DNA of 64,000 nt from an uncultured Gammaproteobacteria bacterium (GCA_963797555.1 CAWCPV010000003.1:832001-896000); one strand, 5' to 3'; shown: positions 18,895-31,500, counted from the first letter of the stretch. A program made the numbers and translations. The notes: generated by a model not told the origin, from the sequence alone.

Positions 18895-21204
18895 ATGAAC
18901 ACCCGGGATGATGTGGCCCGCCCCGCAGACGGTGAGGAGCTTCGTGCGATGCTTGTGACGTTGCGGCAGATCGTGACCGAAGTCGGCGCCGCGCCGACCC
19001 TGGACGATGCCCTGGCAATCATTGTCCGTCAGGTGAAGAACGCGGTGCGGGTGGATGCCTGCGCCGTGTATCTGGCGGATGAGGAGCAAGATGACTACGT
19101 CCTGGTGGCCGCTGATGGATTGAGCCCGGCATCGGTCGGCCGGGTCCGGGTCAGCCGGCGCGATGGCCTCCTGGGTCTTGTGGGGGAGCGCAAGGAGTTG
19201 ATAATCGTGACGGATGTCAGGGCCCACCCCGGCTACCGTCCGTTAACCGAGACCGGGGAAGAACGTTTCGGCAGCTTCCTCGGCATGCCGCTGATTCACT
19301 ACCACCGGGTGTTGGGTGTCCTGGTAGCCTGGAAACCGGCACACCACCCATACGCCAAGGAGGAGGTGAGCTTTTTTCTCAGCATCGCGGCGCAACTGGC
19401 CAAAGGCATCCACGAAGCCGCGGCTATGGACACGGTGGGCAGGCTGCTGCGGGGGGAGGCGCCGGGGGACGCTTTCGTCCAAGGCGTTCCCGCGGCCACT
19501 GGATTCGCTATCGGCAACGCGGTCTGGCTCGATCCGCACACCCGGCTGGAGTCGATACCGGACAGAGGGATCGGGGATGGCGCTGCCGAAGAGATGGCCT
19601 TCAGGGCCGCGGTGGCTGCCGCCCAGCAGGATCTGCGCTCCGGAGCCGAGCATCTGGCCGGGGGGCTGCCCGACGAGGTGCGGGCTTTGTTCGATGCCTA
19701 CGCCATGCTGCTCGGCAGTCACAGTCTGGTGTCGGACACCGTCGAACGGATCCGCGCCGGAAACTGGGCTCCCGGAGCGTGGCGGGAGACCATCGCCAGC
19801 CACGCGCGGGTCTTCGAGCAGATGGAGGACCCTTACCTGCGTGCACGCGCGGAAGATATCCGCGAGATCGGCCAACGTGTCCTGCTGCAGCTCCAGTCGG
19901 AAGTAGAGGCGTCCAGAGAGTACCCGCAGCGCTGCATCCTGGTGGGAGACGCCATCGGGGTGGCGGAAATCGCCGCAGCGCCCACGGGATGCCTCGCCGG
20001 CATTGTCAGCATGCGGGGCTCGCCCCTGTCCCACACCGCAGTGCTGGCACGCGCCCTGGGCATCCCCGCCGTCGTGAGCCTCGCGCCTTTGCCCAATGGC
20101 CGTTTGGAGGGCCGCGAAATGGCGGTCGATGGCCACCAGGGGCGCGTCTACATTCAGCCATCGCCCGCGCTCGTCCGAGCGTTCCAGCGACGCATCCGCG
20201 AAGAGAGCGCCCTTTCCGAGCGGCTCGGCTCGATCCGGGACCTGCCCGCCGAGACCCCCGACGGTGCGCGCATGCCCTTGTATGCCAATATCGGACTCGC
20301 CTCCGACAGCGCGGTGGCTGCGGCGAGCGGTGCCGAGGGCATTGGTCTGTACCGCACGGAATACGACTTTCTGTTGGGCGACGCCTTTCCGGTGGAGGAG
20401 GAGCAGTTCCAACGCTATCGCGGGGTGCTGGAATTCTTCGCTCCGCTGCCTGTCACGCTGCGCACCCTCGACATAGGCGGGGACAAGATCCTGTCCTATT
20501 TCCCTGCGGAGGAAGACAACCCGTTTCTCGGGTGTCGCGGCATACGCTTCTCGCTGGATCACCCGGAGATCTTCCTCATTCAGTTGCGGGCCATGCTCCG
20601 AGGCAACGCTGGCCTCGGCAACCTTCAGGTGCTGTTTCCCATGATAGGGAAAGTCGGTGAGATCGATGAGGCTCTGGGGCTGCTGGCCCGGGCGCATCGC
20701 GAGCTGGCGGAGGAGGGGCAGGACGCGGCGAGGCCGGGAGTGGGTGCGATGATCGAAGTGCCGGCTGCGGTCTTCCTGATCGGGCCGTTGGCCCAGCGGG
20801 TGGATTTTTTCTCGGTCGGGACCAACGATCTCACCCAGTACATGCTGGCGGTGGACCGGAACAATGCACTGGTGGTGACGCCCTACGACAGCCTGCACCC
20901 TGCCGTGCTCAACGCCATCCGCCAGGTCATCGAAACGGCGCACCTGCACGGCAAGCCGGTCAGCGTCTGTGGCGAAATGGCGGGCGACCCGGCGGGCGCT
21001 CTGCTGCTTCTGGGGATGGGGATCGATGCTCTCAGCATGAGCCCCGCGCTTCTCCCTCGCGTAAAACTGGCAATCCGCAGCTTCACCCGGCAACGGGCTC
21101 GCGTCCTCGCCGATACGGCACTCGGCATGGAGGATGGCTTCGCCGTCCATCGGCTGATGAATGGCGCGCTCGAAGAGACTGGGGGACACGGCGAGGCAAC
21201 ATGA
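18895..21204 (+). CDS. ptsP: GAF-containing PEP-protein phosphotransferase (enzyme I-Ntr)
   Basis: N-terminal GAF; SHTAVLARALGIPAV, GIGLYRTE, RTLDIGGDK, NPFLGCRGIR, SVGTNDLTQY, VCGEMAGDP. Confidence 0.9.
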   Translation: MNTRDDVARPADGEELRAMLVTLRQIVTEVGAAPTLDDALAIIVRQVKNAVRVDACAVYLADEEQDDYVLVAADGLSPASVGRVRVSRRDGLLGLVGERKELIIVTDVRAHPGYRPLTETGEERFGSFLGMPLIHYHRVLGVLVAWKPAHHPYAKEEVSFFLSIAAQLAKGIHEAAAMDTVGRLLRGEAPGDAFVQGVPAATGFAIGNAVWLDPHTRLESIPDRGIGDGAAEEMAFRAAVAAAQQDLRSGAEHLAGGLPDEVRALFDAYAMLLGSHSLVSDTVERIRAGNWAPGAWRETIASHARVFEQMEDPYLRARAEDIREIGQRVLLQLQSEVEASREYPQRCILVGDAIGVAEIAAAPTGCLAGIVSMRGSPLSHTAVLARALGIPAVVSLAPLPNGRLEGREMAVDGHQGRVYIQPSPALVRAFQRRIREESALSERLGSIRDLPAETPDGARMPLYANIGLASDSAVAAASGAEGIGLYRTEYDFLLGDAFPVEEEQFQRYRGVLEFFAPLPVTLRTLDIGGDKILSYFPAEEDNPFLGCRGIRFSLDHPEIFLIQLRAMLRGNAGLGNLQVLFPMIGKVGEIDEALGLLARAHRELAEEGQDAARPGVGAMIEVPAAVFLIGPLAQRVDFFSVGTNDLTQYMLAVDRNNALVVTPYDSLHPAVLNAIRQVIETAHLHGKPVSVCGEMAGDPAGALLLLGMGIDALSMSPALLPRVKLAIRSFTRQRARVLADTALGMEDGFAVHRLMNGALEETGGHGEAT

Positions 21205-21224
21205 CCCCATCCGGTCCGTCAGAC

Positions 21225-22097
21225 CTACTTCACGATCTTGCTGATAGGCAGCTCCAAGATGTCCTCTGCCCCCGCCGTCTTGAGCTCGGGAATCAGAACG
21301 TTGACGTTCGCCTTGTCGGCGACTGTCGTGACCTCGTAGTCCTCGGAGCCGTAAAGCTTATTCACGGTCGGCTTCTTCATGGCGGGGAGCGCGGCGATGA
21401 CCTGCTCGAGCCGGTCGTGAGCGACGTTCATCATGAGCAACACCCGACCGCGCGCCTCGATCACGCCCAGCAGCAGCGTGCGTATCTCCTCCATCTCCCG
21501 GCGTTTCTCGGGGTCGGCCCAGGACCTCCGGTTCGCGAGCAGGCGCGTGGTGGACGTAAGGAGCGTCGCGACGATGCGCAGGCCGTTGCGGCGCAGCGTG
21601 GTGCCCGTCTCGGTGAGGTCCACCAAGGCGTCCATCATGTCCGGCACCTTCGCCTCGGTCGCACCGTGGGAGAAGTGCACCTCCACCGGCACGCCGAGGT
21701 CCTCGAAGTAACGCCGCGTGATGTTCGGAAATTCCGTGGAGACGCGGCTGCCCGGGCGGATATCGCCCGCGCTCTGAATCGGCGAATCGTCCGGCACGGC
21801 CAGCACCAGCTTGACCACGCCGGTGCCGGTTTTGGAGTATGGCAGCTCCGCAATCTCGATGACGTCCGCGCCGGACTCGGTGATCCAGTCGTGGCCTGAG
21901 ATCCCGAGGTCGAAGTAGCCGTCCTGCACGAAGCTGGGGATCTCCTGAGGCCGCAGGATCTTCACCTTGCCGATGCGCGGATCTGCGATCGTCGGGCTGT
22001 ATTCGCGGCTGGACCTCTTGACCTCGAGGTCGGCCTGAGAGAACAGGAGCAGCGTCTGCTCCTCCAGGGAGCCTTTCGGTAGGGCAATCGATAGCAT
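21225..22097 (-). CDS. hisG: ATP phosphoribosyltransferase, long form
   Basis: IALPKGSL, RPQEIP, DLGISGHDW, SHGATEAK, DLTETGTTLRRNGL, C-terminal regulatory domain GAEDILELPISK. Confidence 0.93.
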   Translation of the reverse strand: MLSIALPKGSLEEQTLLLFSQADLEVKRSSREYSPTIADPRIGKVKILRPQEIPSFVQDGYFDLGISGHDWITESGADVIEIAELPYSKTGTGVVKLVLAVPDDSPIQSAGDIRPGSRVSTEFPNITRRYFEDLGVPVEVHFSHGATEAKVPDMMDALVDLTETGTTLRRNGLRIVATLLTSTTRLLANRRSWADPEKRREMEEIRTLLLGVIEARGRVLLMMNVAHDRLEQVIAALPAMKKPTVNKLYGSEDYEVTTVADKANVNVLIPELKTAGAEDILELPISKIVK

Positions 22098-22395
22098 CTT
22101 CTGATCCTCTAACGGGCGCTGTACGGGGCGCAACCTCAGTCTCGTGAGCGCCGACGACGGTACGAAAACATGGTTCATCCGGCAAATGGATCGTTCACCG
22201 GGGAGTGGGTTGAGGTTGAGGAGTCGTCGCCAGGGTGTGGATCCTCTGTCTGGGTTGGAGTCTGGACGGAGGAGGCACCGCCGAGGCCTTCCTCGAGCAG
22301 TGGACCACCCAGGCCAAGGATTGTGCCAGCCGTCCCTTCCGGCGCCTGGCCATGGGGACGGGCGCACTGGGTCGCTCCCAGTATCGCAGACGGAA

Positions 22396-23247
22396 TCAAG
22401 CCGCCGTTGCCCTGCGCTCCGCAGCCTCCACCGTTTGGGCGATCAGCGTCGCTATCGTCATCGGGCCGACCCCTCCAGGCACCGGCGTGTAGGCTGAGCA
22501 CTTGTCCACGACCGCCGAGAGATCGATATCGCCCACTCCCCCGGGATGGTACCCGGCGTCGATGACGACCGCTCCTTCCTTGATCCAGGCACCCTTGATG
22601 AACTGCGGCTTGCCGACGGCTCCCACGACCACGTCGGCTCGACCGATCAATCCCGCCAAATCCCGAGTCTTCGAGTGGCAGATCGTGACCGTCGCATTCG
22701 CGTTCAACAGCATCATCGCCATGGGCTTGCCCAGGATCGGGCTTCGTCCGACAACGACCGCGTGCCTTCCCGCCACGGAGATGCCGTAGTGAGCCACCAG
22801 GCGCATGATGCCGGCCGGCGTCGCCGCCCCATAGGCCGGCTCCATCATGGCCATGCGGCCGAATCCATGCGAGGTGACCCCATCCACGTCCTTATCCAGG
22901 CTGATGCGGTCGAAGCAGCGCCGCTCCTCGATATGCGAAGGGACCGGGTGCTGGAGCAGAATCCCGTGGACCTCAGGGTCCGCGTTGAGCCTGTCTATCT
23001 CTCTCAGCAACTCCTCGGTAGTGGTGGTCTCCGGCAGGAGTACCTTCGCGGACCGCATCCCCACTCGCTCGCACGCGCTGCCTTTCATGCGAACATAGGT
23101 TGCCGAGGCGGGATCTTCGCCCACGAGGATGGTTGCCAAGACGGGGGCCCGACCGCCGGATCTATCCTTGAGAGCCCGAACACGCTGCGCGAGATCTTGC
23201 TCCATCCGTCTCGCCAAGCTTTTTCCGTCGAGAGCCAATCCGCCCAT
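22396..23247 (-). CDS. folD: methylenetetrahydrofolate dehydrogenase/cyclohydrolase
   Basis: [43 protein letters not shown]. Confidence 0.95.
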   Translation of the reverse strand: MGGLALDGKSLARRMEQDLAQRVRALKDRSGGRAPVLATILVGEDPASATYVRMKGSACERVGMRSAKVLLPETTTTEELLREIDRLNADPEVHGILLQHPVPSHIEERRCFDRISLDKDVDGVTSHGFGRMAMMEPAYGAATPAGIMRLVAHYGISVAGRHAVVVGRSPILGKPMAMMLLNANATVTICHSKTRDLAGLIGRADVVVGAVGKPQFIKGAWIKEGAVVIDAGYHPGGVGDIDLSAVVDKCSAYTPVPGGVGPMTIATLIAQTVEAAERRATAA

Positions 23248-23910
23248 CGAATCTCCTCGTCTCGGCGCCGAATCTAGCGAACGCACATCCCGGGGCCCAA
23301 TCGTTGACCAGCGCCCGGCTCCGGCCCGCCCGACACATTTTGGCACGCACCTCGCCGCCTCGTCCCCTTTCGCCGCGCATGATGAGGGTGGGAACTGGGA
23401 GAGGTCAATGCGCTCGGGGTGTCCAGAGGCGTTGCAACGACCCGGCTCTCGGCGAGCGGGCAATTGGCCGCCACGGGAAGAGGCCCTCGCCAACATTCAA
23501 GATGCCATTCAAACCGTATTCGGAACCGCTCGACAACGATGTGGGCCCAGGAATCCGTGTTTGGTAGCCGCCCTTCAACCTCCACCGCCCATTTCGTCGC
23601 ATCGCCGCCCGCCGTAACAAACCCACGTGTCATTTGCACGGCTTCGTCGCTTGGCCAGGCGCATCGCTCTCGCTGGCACGAATGTGCACACAGCGCGGTG
23701 CGATCTCCCCCGGACTGGCCTGACGGACTCGTGGACCGACCGGCGAAACGTCGCATCGGTGCGGCCTCCTCTACCACCTTCCCGCACGGGCGAAAACGCG
23801 CCCCAAGGGTTCTCTGGTCCGCCGACTGTGGCTCGAACTGGTTTTGCAGTCAATGGACAAGCCGACAGTTGGGGGACCGGGCCAGTCCAGATGGATTGGA
23901 ACGGTCCGCC

Positions 23911-24621
23911 CTACAGAACCTGAAGCGCGAGGTGGCGCATGAGCAGCAGCGACAGGGTGTTTAGGCCGGCGTGGGCGAGGATGGCTGGCCACAGCGTGCC
24001 CCAGCGCACCGTGAACGCGGCCAGGATGACTCCGATGAGCGCCGTCTGGGCCACACCAATCCACCCCTGGTACACGTGGCCCAGACCGAACAGCAGCGCC
24101 GAGAGCAACACCGGCGTCCAGGTGCCTCGCAAGGCCGCCCGGCAGCGGGTGAGCAGGAAACCGCGCGCCGCCAGCTCCTCATACACGCCTACGAAGAACA
24201 TCATGGCCGTGACGCCGGGGAACGGCACCCCTTGGCCCAACTGACGCGCGATGTGCTCGAGGAGCTGGAGATGCTCGTCGACCTCTCCGGGGTGCAAGGC
24301 GAAGACTGCCCCCGTGAGTACGAGGTTCGCAGCAAAACAGGTGGCCATGGCCAGCAGCGCCAACGCCAAGTCCTTGGAGCGCAACCCGCGCAGACCCACG
24401 TCGCTCCAGCGCTCGCCCCGCAGAGCTAGCAGGAGACGCAGGCCGGTGAGGATGACCGCGCCCTGGAGCAAGATGAGCAACGGGAACCGCAGGTCGCGAG
24501 CGAAGAACTGCACGAACACACCGAGGACCACAGCAGCGACACCCACCAAGGCCACGGCGAGCACGACGTTTAGCCAAGCCTGCGCTCTGGAGAGTCCCGA
24601 TGCCCCCGGCATGGCGGCCAT
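23911..24621 (-). CDS. CPBP/Abi-family intramembrane metalloprotease
   Basis: YEELAARG, LFGLGHVYQG, ILAHAGLN motifs; hydrophobic. Confidence 0.85.
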   Translation of the reverse strand: MAAMPGASGLSRAQAWLNVVLAVALVGVAAVVLGVFVQFFARDLRFPLLILLQGAVILTGLRLLLALRGERWSDVGLRGLRSKDLALALLAMATCFAANLVLTGAVFALHPGEVDEHLQLLEHIARQLGQGVPFPGVTAMMFFVGVYEELAARGFLLTRCRAALRGTWTPVLLSALLFGLGHVYQGWIGVAQTALIGVILAAFTVRWGTLWPAILAHAGLNTLSLLLMRHLALQVL

Positions 24622-24733
24622 GGTACACGACGCGACGGCCGCGACACACGCCCTGCCTTGCCTTCTCCTTCACCGCTCGGCAGGGTAGAATTCGGTGCTT
24701 AGCCGCCCCGGCTTCCCTGTACGGTCTCCTTCC

Positions 24734-26566
24734 TTGAAGTCACATCTCCAGCAGCTTCTGCGCGCCAGCATCCAGCAACTCAGGCACGCGGGAGCCCTGC
24801 CTGCCGACTTGGAGGTCACCGCGCAGGTACAACGCACCCGCGACCCGAAGCACGGCGACTTCGCGAGCAACGTGGCGATGGTCCTATCCGCTCCCGCGCG
24901 TCGTCCGCCCCGGGCAGTCGCCGAGCTGATCCTCGGGAATCTCCCCGCCTCACCGAGAGTCGCGCGCGCGGAGATCGCGGGCCCGGGTTTCATCAACTTT
25001 CATCTCGCCGCAGCCGCATTCCAGGAGTCGGTGGCAGAGGTGCTGGAGGCCAGAGACCGTTACGGTCGGAGCCGCCTGGGTCAGGGCCAGCGGGTATGCT
25101 TGGAGTTCGTGTCGGCCAACCCCACCGGGCCCCTGCACGTGGGGCACGGGCGAGGTGCCGCATACGGGGCCGCCCTGGCTGCGCTCTTGGAGGCAGCAGG
25201 CTTCACCGTGCACCGCGAGTACTACGTCAACGATGCCGGGCGCCAGATGGACATCCTGGCAGTGAGCGTGTGGCTGCGCTATCTGGAGCTTTGCGGGGAG
25301 ACACTGCCGTTCCCCGCCAACGGCTACCGCGGCGACTACGTCTACGACATCGCAGCCGGCCTGCACCGCGAGTTCGGCGGCTACCTGCAACGCTCAGCCG
25401 AGGACGTGCTCCAGAGGCTACCGTCCGACGCCGACGTCGGCGGCGACAAGGAGAAGTATATCGACGCCCTGATCGAACGAGCGAAGCGGCTGCTGGGCTG
25501 GGGGGTTCGCGCCACGGGCGACATGTCGGACGACCAACTGGCCGCCGCGACGGCGAGGCGGCTGCTGGACGAATCGGGTTACACCACGGTCTTCGACCGC
25601 GGGCTGGAGGTCATCCTCGACGACATCCGCCGCGACCTCGAGCAGTTCGGCGTGCAGTACGACCGGTGGTTCTCGGAGCACACCCTGGCTCGGAGCGAGG
25701 CCGTGCAGCGCGTCATCGGCCGGCTGCGGGACACCGCGTATGTGTACGAGCACGAGGGCGCCCTGTGGTTCAACGCCAGCGCCTTCGGGGACGAGAAGGA
25801 TCGGGTGCTGGTGCGTGAGAACGGCCAGCTCACCTACTTCGCCACCGACATCGCCTACCACGTTGACAAATGCGAGCGTGGCTTCGACCGCCTGATCAAC
25901 GTCTGGGGGGCGGACCATCACGGCTACATTGCGCGCCTGAAGGCGGCGCTCCAGGCGCTGGGGAAGGACCCCGAGACCCTGACCGTGCTGCTGGTGCAGT
26001 TCGCTATCCTGTATCGCGGCACCCAGCGCATGCAGATGTCCACTCGCAGGGGCGAGTTCATCACCCTGCGCGAGCTGCGCCAAGAGGTCGGCAAAGATGC
26101 GGCGCGCTTCTTCTACGTGATGCGCAAGAGCGACCAGCACCTGGACTTCGACTTGGACCTCGCCAAGTCCCAGAGCGCGGACAACCCCGTCTACTACATC
26201 CAGTATGCCCATGCACGCATCGCGGCCGTGCTCCGCCAGTTGCGCGAGCGCGGCCTGCGCTGGGACGGCGCAGACGCTCGGGCGCACCTCGCTCTCTTGG
26301 TAGAGCCCCACGAGCAGGCGCTGCTTCGCACCTTGTCGCGCTACCCCGAGGTCATCGAGGCGGCGGCGGCCAGCTACGAGCCGCATCAGATCGCACATTA
26401 TCTGCGGGAGCTCGCCAACGACTTCCACGCGTATTACAACGCCCACACCTTCATCGTGGAGAACGCCGCCTTGCGGGCGGCCCGCGTCGGCCTGGCGGTC
26501 GCCACCGGTCAGGTCATCAGGAACGGACTCGCTCTCTTGGGAGTGGCGGCACCGGAGAGCATGTGA
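24734..26566 (+). CDS. argS: arginine--tRNA ligase
   Basis: [62 protein letters not shown]. Confidence 0.97.
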   Translation: MKSHLQQLLRASIQQLRHAGALPADLEVTAQVQRTRDPKHGDFASNVAMVLSAPARRPPRAVAELILGNLPASPRVARAEIAGPGFINFHLAAAAFQESVAEVLEARDRYGRSRLGQGQRVCLEFVSANPTGPLHVGHGRGAAYGAALAALLEAAGFTVHREYYVNDAGRQMDILAVSVWLRYLELCGETLPFPANGYRGDYVYDIAAGLHREFGGYLQRSAEDVLQRLPSDADVGGDKEKYIDALIERAKRLLGWGVRATGDMSDDQLAAATARRLLDESGYTTVFDRGLEVILDDIRRDLEQFGVQYDRWFSEHTLARSEAVQRVIGRLRDTAYVYEHEGALWFNASAFGDEKDRVLVRENGQLTYFATDIAYHVDKCERGFDRLINVWGADHHGYIARLKAALQALGKDPETLTVLLVQFAILYRGTQRMQMSTRRGEFITLRELRQEVGKDAARFFYVMRKSDQHLDFDLDLAKSQSADNPVYYIQYAHARIAAVLRQLRERGLRWDGADARAHLALLVEPHEQALLRTLSRYPEVIEAAAASYEPHQIAHYLRELANDFHAYYNAHTFIVENAALRAARVGLAVATGQVIRNGLALLGVAAPESM

Positions 26567-27174
26567 AGACGGCCCGGGACTACAAGCACGTCGCTGCGCC
26601 ACGTCCCGCAAGGGCCACCCGCTTAGGCGGCGGGCGTCCCACAGCCCGCAAGAAACGGGGCTGGCTCTGGCTGCTCGGTGTCATCGCCGTGGGTGTCGCG
26701 GCCATCCCCGTCTACCACCGGCTGACGCACCCTGAACATGCTGCACGCCACGCAGCCAAGGAGCCCAACGCGTCCGCGCCCTCCAAGAAACCCGAGGACG
26801 CCTCCGCTCGACCGCGCTACCAGTTCTATGAACTTCTGCCGAAAATGGAAGTGGTGGTACCGGAATCCGAGCTACAGCGCCCGTCCGCCAGGGCCTCACC
26901 ACCGGCGACGAAGCCCCGCGCAGCGCAGGAGGGGCAGGCCCGCTATCTGTTGCAGGCCGGCTCTTTCACGAGCTACGCCCAAGCCGATCGTGTCAAGGCA
27001 CAGCTCGCCCTGATCGGGGTCGAAGCCACTATCCAGTCGGTCGCGGCCGGCGCCGCCGAGCACATGTACCGGGTTCGTATCGGGCCGTTCCATGATCTCG
27101 ACCGCGTCAGGGACGTGCGCACCCGGCTCAAACACCATGCCATAGAGGCGATCGTGCTCAAGGTGTCCGGGTGA
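26563..27174 (+). CDS. SPOR-domain cell division protein (FtsN-like)
   Basis: ARDY start, single [16 protein letters not shown]...YRVRIGPF; usual position after argS. Confidence 0.85.
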   Translation: MKTARDYKHVAAPRPARATRLGGGRPTARKKRGWLWLLGVIAVGVAAIPVYHRLTHPEHAARHAAKEPNASAPSKKPEDASARPRYQFYELLPKMEVVVPESELQRPSARASPPATKPRAAQEGQARYLLQAGSFTSYAQADRVKAQLALIGVEATIQSVAAGAAEHMYRVRIGPFHDLDRVRDVRTRLKHHAIEAIVLKVSG

Positions 27175-27218
27175 CGAGCGGCGGCCGGACCGCTGCCCCC
27201 AGCAGTGACGGGGCGACC

Positions 27219-28303
27219 ATGGTGTACCAGACCGACGACCTTCGCATCCGTGAGATCAAGGACGTGCTCCCTCCGGCCGAGGTGCACGCGGAGATCCCCA
27301 TCACCGAGGCTGCGGCGCGCACGGTTTACGACACCCGGCAAGCTATCCACCACATCCTCGCGGGGGACGACGATCGCCTGCTGGTGGTGGTCGGCCCTTG
27401 CTCCATCCACGACCCGGACGCTGCACGCGACTACGCGCAGCGCCTGAAGGGTGTGCGCGAGGCGCTCGAGGACGATCTCGTGGTAGTGATGCGCGTGTAT
27501 TTCGAGAAACCCCGCACCAGCGTCGGCTGGAAAGGCTTCATCAACGACCCGGACCTGGATGGCAGCTTCCAGATCAACAAGGGGCTCCGGCTCGCGCGCA
27601 GCCTGCTCCGCTATGTGAACGAGATCGGCATTCCCGCGGCCACCGAATACCTGGATCTGGTCACCCCCCAGTACGTGGCGGACCTTATCAGTTGGGGGGC
27701 TATCGGTGCAGGACCACGGAGAGTCAAGTGCACCGTGAGCTGGCCTCAGGCCTGTCCTGTCCCGTTGGCTTCAAGAACAGCACCGATGGAAGCTTCCGGG
27801 TCGCCATCGATGCGGTGCGTGCGGCCAGGCAGCCGCACCATTTCCTCTCTCTCACCAAGGCTGGGCACTCGGCCATCTTCTCCACCAGCGGCAACGAGGA
27901 TTGCCACATCATCCTGCGCGGCGGCCGCGAGCCCAACTACGACGCCGCCAGCGTAGGCCGGGCGGCGCGCGAGCTGGAGGGGGCCGGACGGGCGCCCCGC
28001 GTCATGATCGACTGCAGCCACGCCAACAGCCGCAAGCGCCCTGAAGGACAGATCGAGGTGGCCGCGGCAGTGAGCCGGCAGATCGCCGCGGGGGACCGGC
28101 GCGTTATCGGTGCCATGATCGAGAGCCATCTCAAGGCGGGCCGCCAGGACGTGCTGCCGGGCAAGCCGCTGGTTTACGGCCAGAGCATCACCGATGCCTG
28201 TCTCGGCTGGGAGGAGAGCGTGCCTCTGGTGAGGCAGCTAGCCGGCGCGGTGCGTCAGCGGCGCCGGGCAGCGAAGACGCCGATCGGGCCCTCGGGCTCG
28301 TAA
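27219..28303 (+). CDS. aroG: class I DAHP synthase (AroF/G/H type), frameshifted near 27710
   Basis: GPCSIHD, MRVYFEKPRT, WGAIGA|RTTESQVHRELASGLSCPVGFKN, DCSHANS, YGQSITDAC. Confidence 0.88.
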
Positions 28304-28538
28304 GTGCTGGCGACGAAACAGACGGGGGCGCGCCGCGCCTTTCGCCCCAGGATGCACCGCGTTCCACGCGGGCCCGGGCCAGCCCTGATTCGCGTTGGTA
28401 GAGAGCCTCGCGGCCCCATGCCGCGTCTGCCCGTCGCGGTCCGCAGAACGCCCCAACGGAGTGGCGTACGGGAGGTACGCCATGACCGCCGCGCACGGGC
28501 CGCTATCGGGACGTGCAGCAGATTTTATTCGCAAGCCC
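28294..28538. repeat. MITE-like element, copy B (degenerate left part)
   Basis: tggcgtacgggaggtacgccatga...gccgctatcgggacgtgcagcagattt shared with 2749-2812. Confidence 0.6.
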
Positions 28539-28560
28539 GCAGAGACGAAACACTGAATCA

Positions 28561-31500
28561 TCAGATCGGATCGTCCTTCTTACCTCCGGCGTGCGGCGTC
28601 CCTCTGATCGCCTTGATGCGGATGCCGCGCCGCCGGGGACCACGCTGGATGCCGGTGCGTCGTAAGGCGTCGGCGGCCGCGGCGGGCTGCTCCGGCTCCG
28701 CGGGCGCTGGCGCGGGGCTTCCCGTGGAACCCCCTTCTTGGTGGACAGCCTGGACTGCCAGGGGTTGCTGGGCCTCGCTGGCCGCGGCCGAGGGCTGCTG
28801 CGAAGCTTCGGGGACCTCGGGAGCAGCCGGCGCCGGCCGCTCTCCGACCGACGCTCGATGGCCCGAACGACCAAGCGCCAGAGGGCGGCGAGGAGCCGCG
28901 ACAGCATCCTCGAAAGCCTGATCACGAGGCCCAGCAAGACCCCGAGCATCAACTGCGCGCCGATCAAAGAACTCTCGGCGCAGGGCCACCAGCCGCCGCT
29001 TCTCCTCGGGCGCGGGGGCCGCTTGCGGGGCCGCGGCTGGGGCCGGCGCGGGTGGGGCGGCTTCAGCGGCAGGCAGGAAGGCGCGGCGCGCGCTGATGCA
29101 CCCGAGGGGAATTACGACCAGGGTCAGCAGGGTGGAGATCACCATGCCGAACATGATGGAGGCAGCCATGCCCTGGAAGATCGGGTCGGTGAGCATCACG
29201 CTCGACCCGAGCGCCGTAGTCGCCGCGGTAATGATGATGGGCCGAGTGCGAATCTCGGCGGCCCTGATGACCGCTGTCTCCACGTCCATGCCCTGCTCTT
29301 GCACCGCCACCTTGGCGAAATCCACCAACAGTATGGAGTTGCGTACGATGATGCCGGCCAGCGCGATGAAACCGATCATCGAGGTGGCGGTGAACTCGGC
29401 CCCGACGAGCCAGTGGCCCGGGATGATGCCGAGCATCGTGAGCGGGATGGGGACCATGATGATGGCGGGCAGCAGGAAGCTGCTGAACTCGCCGACGATG
29501 ATCATGTAGATGAAGAACAGGGCGACGCAGAAGGCGATCCCCAGCCCGGTAAAGGTCTCCACAGTCACGGTCCACTCCCCGGCCCAACTGAATGCCGACT
29601 GCCTGGAAGTCTCGGGGGCGCCGAAGTAGTGGCCGGAAGGCTTGACCCCGTCCGGGGCCACGTAGTCTTTGAGCTTGTCCGCCACACCGAACATGCCGTA
29701 TATCGGCGCCCCGAGGCGTCCTTGGACGTCGCCCACCACATACTCCACCGGGCGCAGGTCCTTATGGTAGATGATGGGGTCGATGGGCTCGCGCACGAAG
29801 CGGCCGAGCTCCGCCAGCGGTACGGTGCGCGACACCATGGCCTGGGAGATGACGGGAGCCTCCGCCACGGTGGGGATCGGCAGGTCCACGAGCCGGCCGA
29901 TCTGGGAGCGTTCCGCCAGCGGCACCTGAACCACGACGAAGATCGGCTCCAGGGGCTCGCCCTGTTTCACGTCGCCGAGCTTGTAGCCCCCCATTGCCAT
30001 CTCCACCGCGCGGTTGATGGTATCGGTGGAGATGCCGCGTCGCACCGCCTTCTCCGTGTCGACCTTGAAGTGCAGCACGTCGAAGGTGTCCAGCATGTAA
30101 TTGTCGGCATCCGCGATGTAAGGCACCTCCCGGAAGAACCCTGTCATGTCGCGGGCGACCTGGCGGCGTACCTCCGCGCTCGGACCGTACACCTCCGCGA
30201 CGACCGACTGCAGCACGGGCGGCCCGGGGGGCATCTCCACCACGCTGATGTTGCGCACCCCGAGCTGGCGCGCGACCGGCCACAATATCCTCCGGGCGTC
30301 CACCGCAATCTTGTGGTTTGACCGCTTGCGCTCGTGCTTGTCCAGGAGCTGCACCTCGATGTTGCCCTCCCATGGCTCCTCCCTCAGGTAATAGTGGCGG
30401 ACCATACCGTTGAAATCGAAGGGCGAGGCCGTGCCCACGTAGGTCTGCATCGCCGTGATCTCCGGGATCTTGGCGTACAGCGTCTCGGTCAGCACGCGGA
30501 CTACATTTGCGGTCACCGCCAGCGGCGTCCCGGAGGGCATATCGACCACCACGTTGAACACCGCCTTGTTGTCCAGCGGAAGAATCTTCACCACCACGGC
30601 CTGGGTGTAGAACATGGCGACCGCCAGGAACCAGCAGACGATGAGAGTGATGAGGAACGCCCAGCCGAGGGGGCGGCGGTGGATGAGGGGCTGCAGGATG
30701 CCGCTGTACAGGCGCTTCATGCGGGCGTGGAACCGCTTCTCCTTCACCTCCATGTCGGCCAGTTTGTGCAGCGGGGGGCTGAAGCGGGCCGCCACCCAGG
30801 GTGTGAAAACGAAGGCGGCGATCAGCGAGAAGGTCATAGCGGCGGAGCCCAGGATGGGAATCGGCCGCATGTAGGGGCCCATCATCCCGGGGACGAACGC
30901 CATGGGGATGAGGGCCGCTACGATGGTGAAGGTGGCCACGATGGTGGGGTTGCCGACTTCGCGCACCGCGTCCACCGCGGTGGCCGTGTCGGAGGTCCCG
31001 CCGGCGAGCCAGCGCCGGTAAGTGTTCTCCACCACGACGGTGGCGTCGTCCACCAGGATGCCGATCGAGAACACCAGCGCGAACAGGCTCACCCGGTTGA
31101 TGGTGAAGCCGAGGAACATGGCCGAGAAGACGGTGACCAGGATCACCACGGGGATGACGATGCAGACCACCATGGCCGGGCGGAACCCCATGGTCAACAG
31201 CATGATGATCGTCACCCCGAAGGTCGCCAGGTAGATGTCGCCGAGCAGCTCGTTGACCTTGTCGTTGGCGGTCTTGCCGTAGTTGCGGGTGACCGTCACC
31301 CGCACGTTGTCGGGGATCAACGAGCCCTTCAGCGAGTCCACCATCGCCAGGATGTCCCGGGCGACGGTGACGCCGTTGGTACCCTTCTTCTTGGCGATGG
31401 CCAGCGTGACGGCCGAAGCACCGTCCGCGCGCGGGGCATCCTTTCCGGCCGGACCCGTGTAATAGTTGACTAGGCGCGTGGTCTCCTCCGGCCCCTGGTA

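Noticed and set aside
19243-21210. Long antisense ORFs (also 28738..30321, 25418..26611, 10237..11295, 38057..39052)
   Set aside because: Shadow ORFs opposite well-supported genes, expected in high-GC DNA.
23465-23525. HicB-like peptide [16 protein letters not shown]
   Set aside because: Too short, with no start codon or partner toxin; at most a tiny relic.
23640-23765. ZMP/ZTP riboswitch upstream of folD (minus strand ...GGGGGAGATCGCA...GCGCCTGGCCA)
   Set aside because: Only a partial resemblance; the conserved GACTGGCG and CGCCTGGGCA elements are not intact and it lies about 400 bp from the start. An Rfam pfl scan would settle it.
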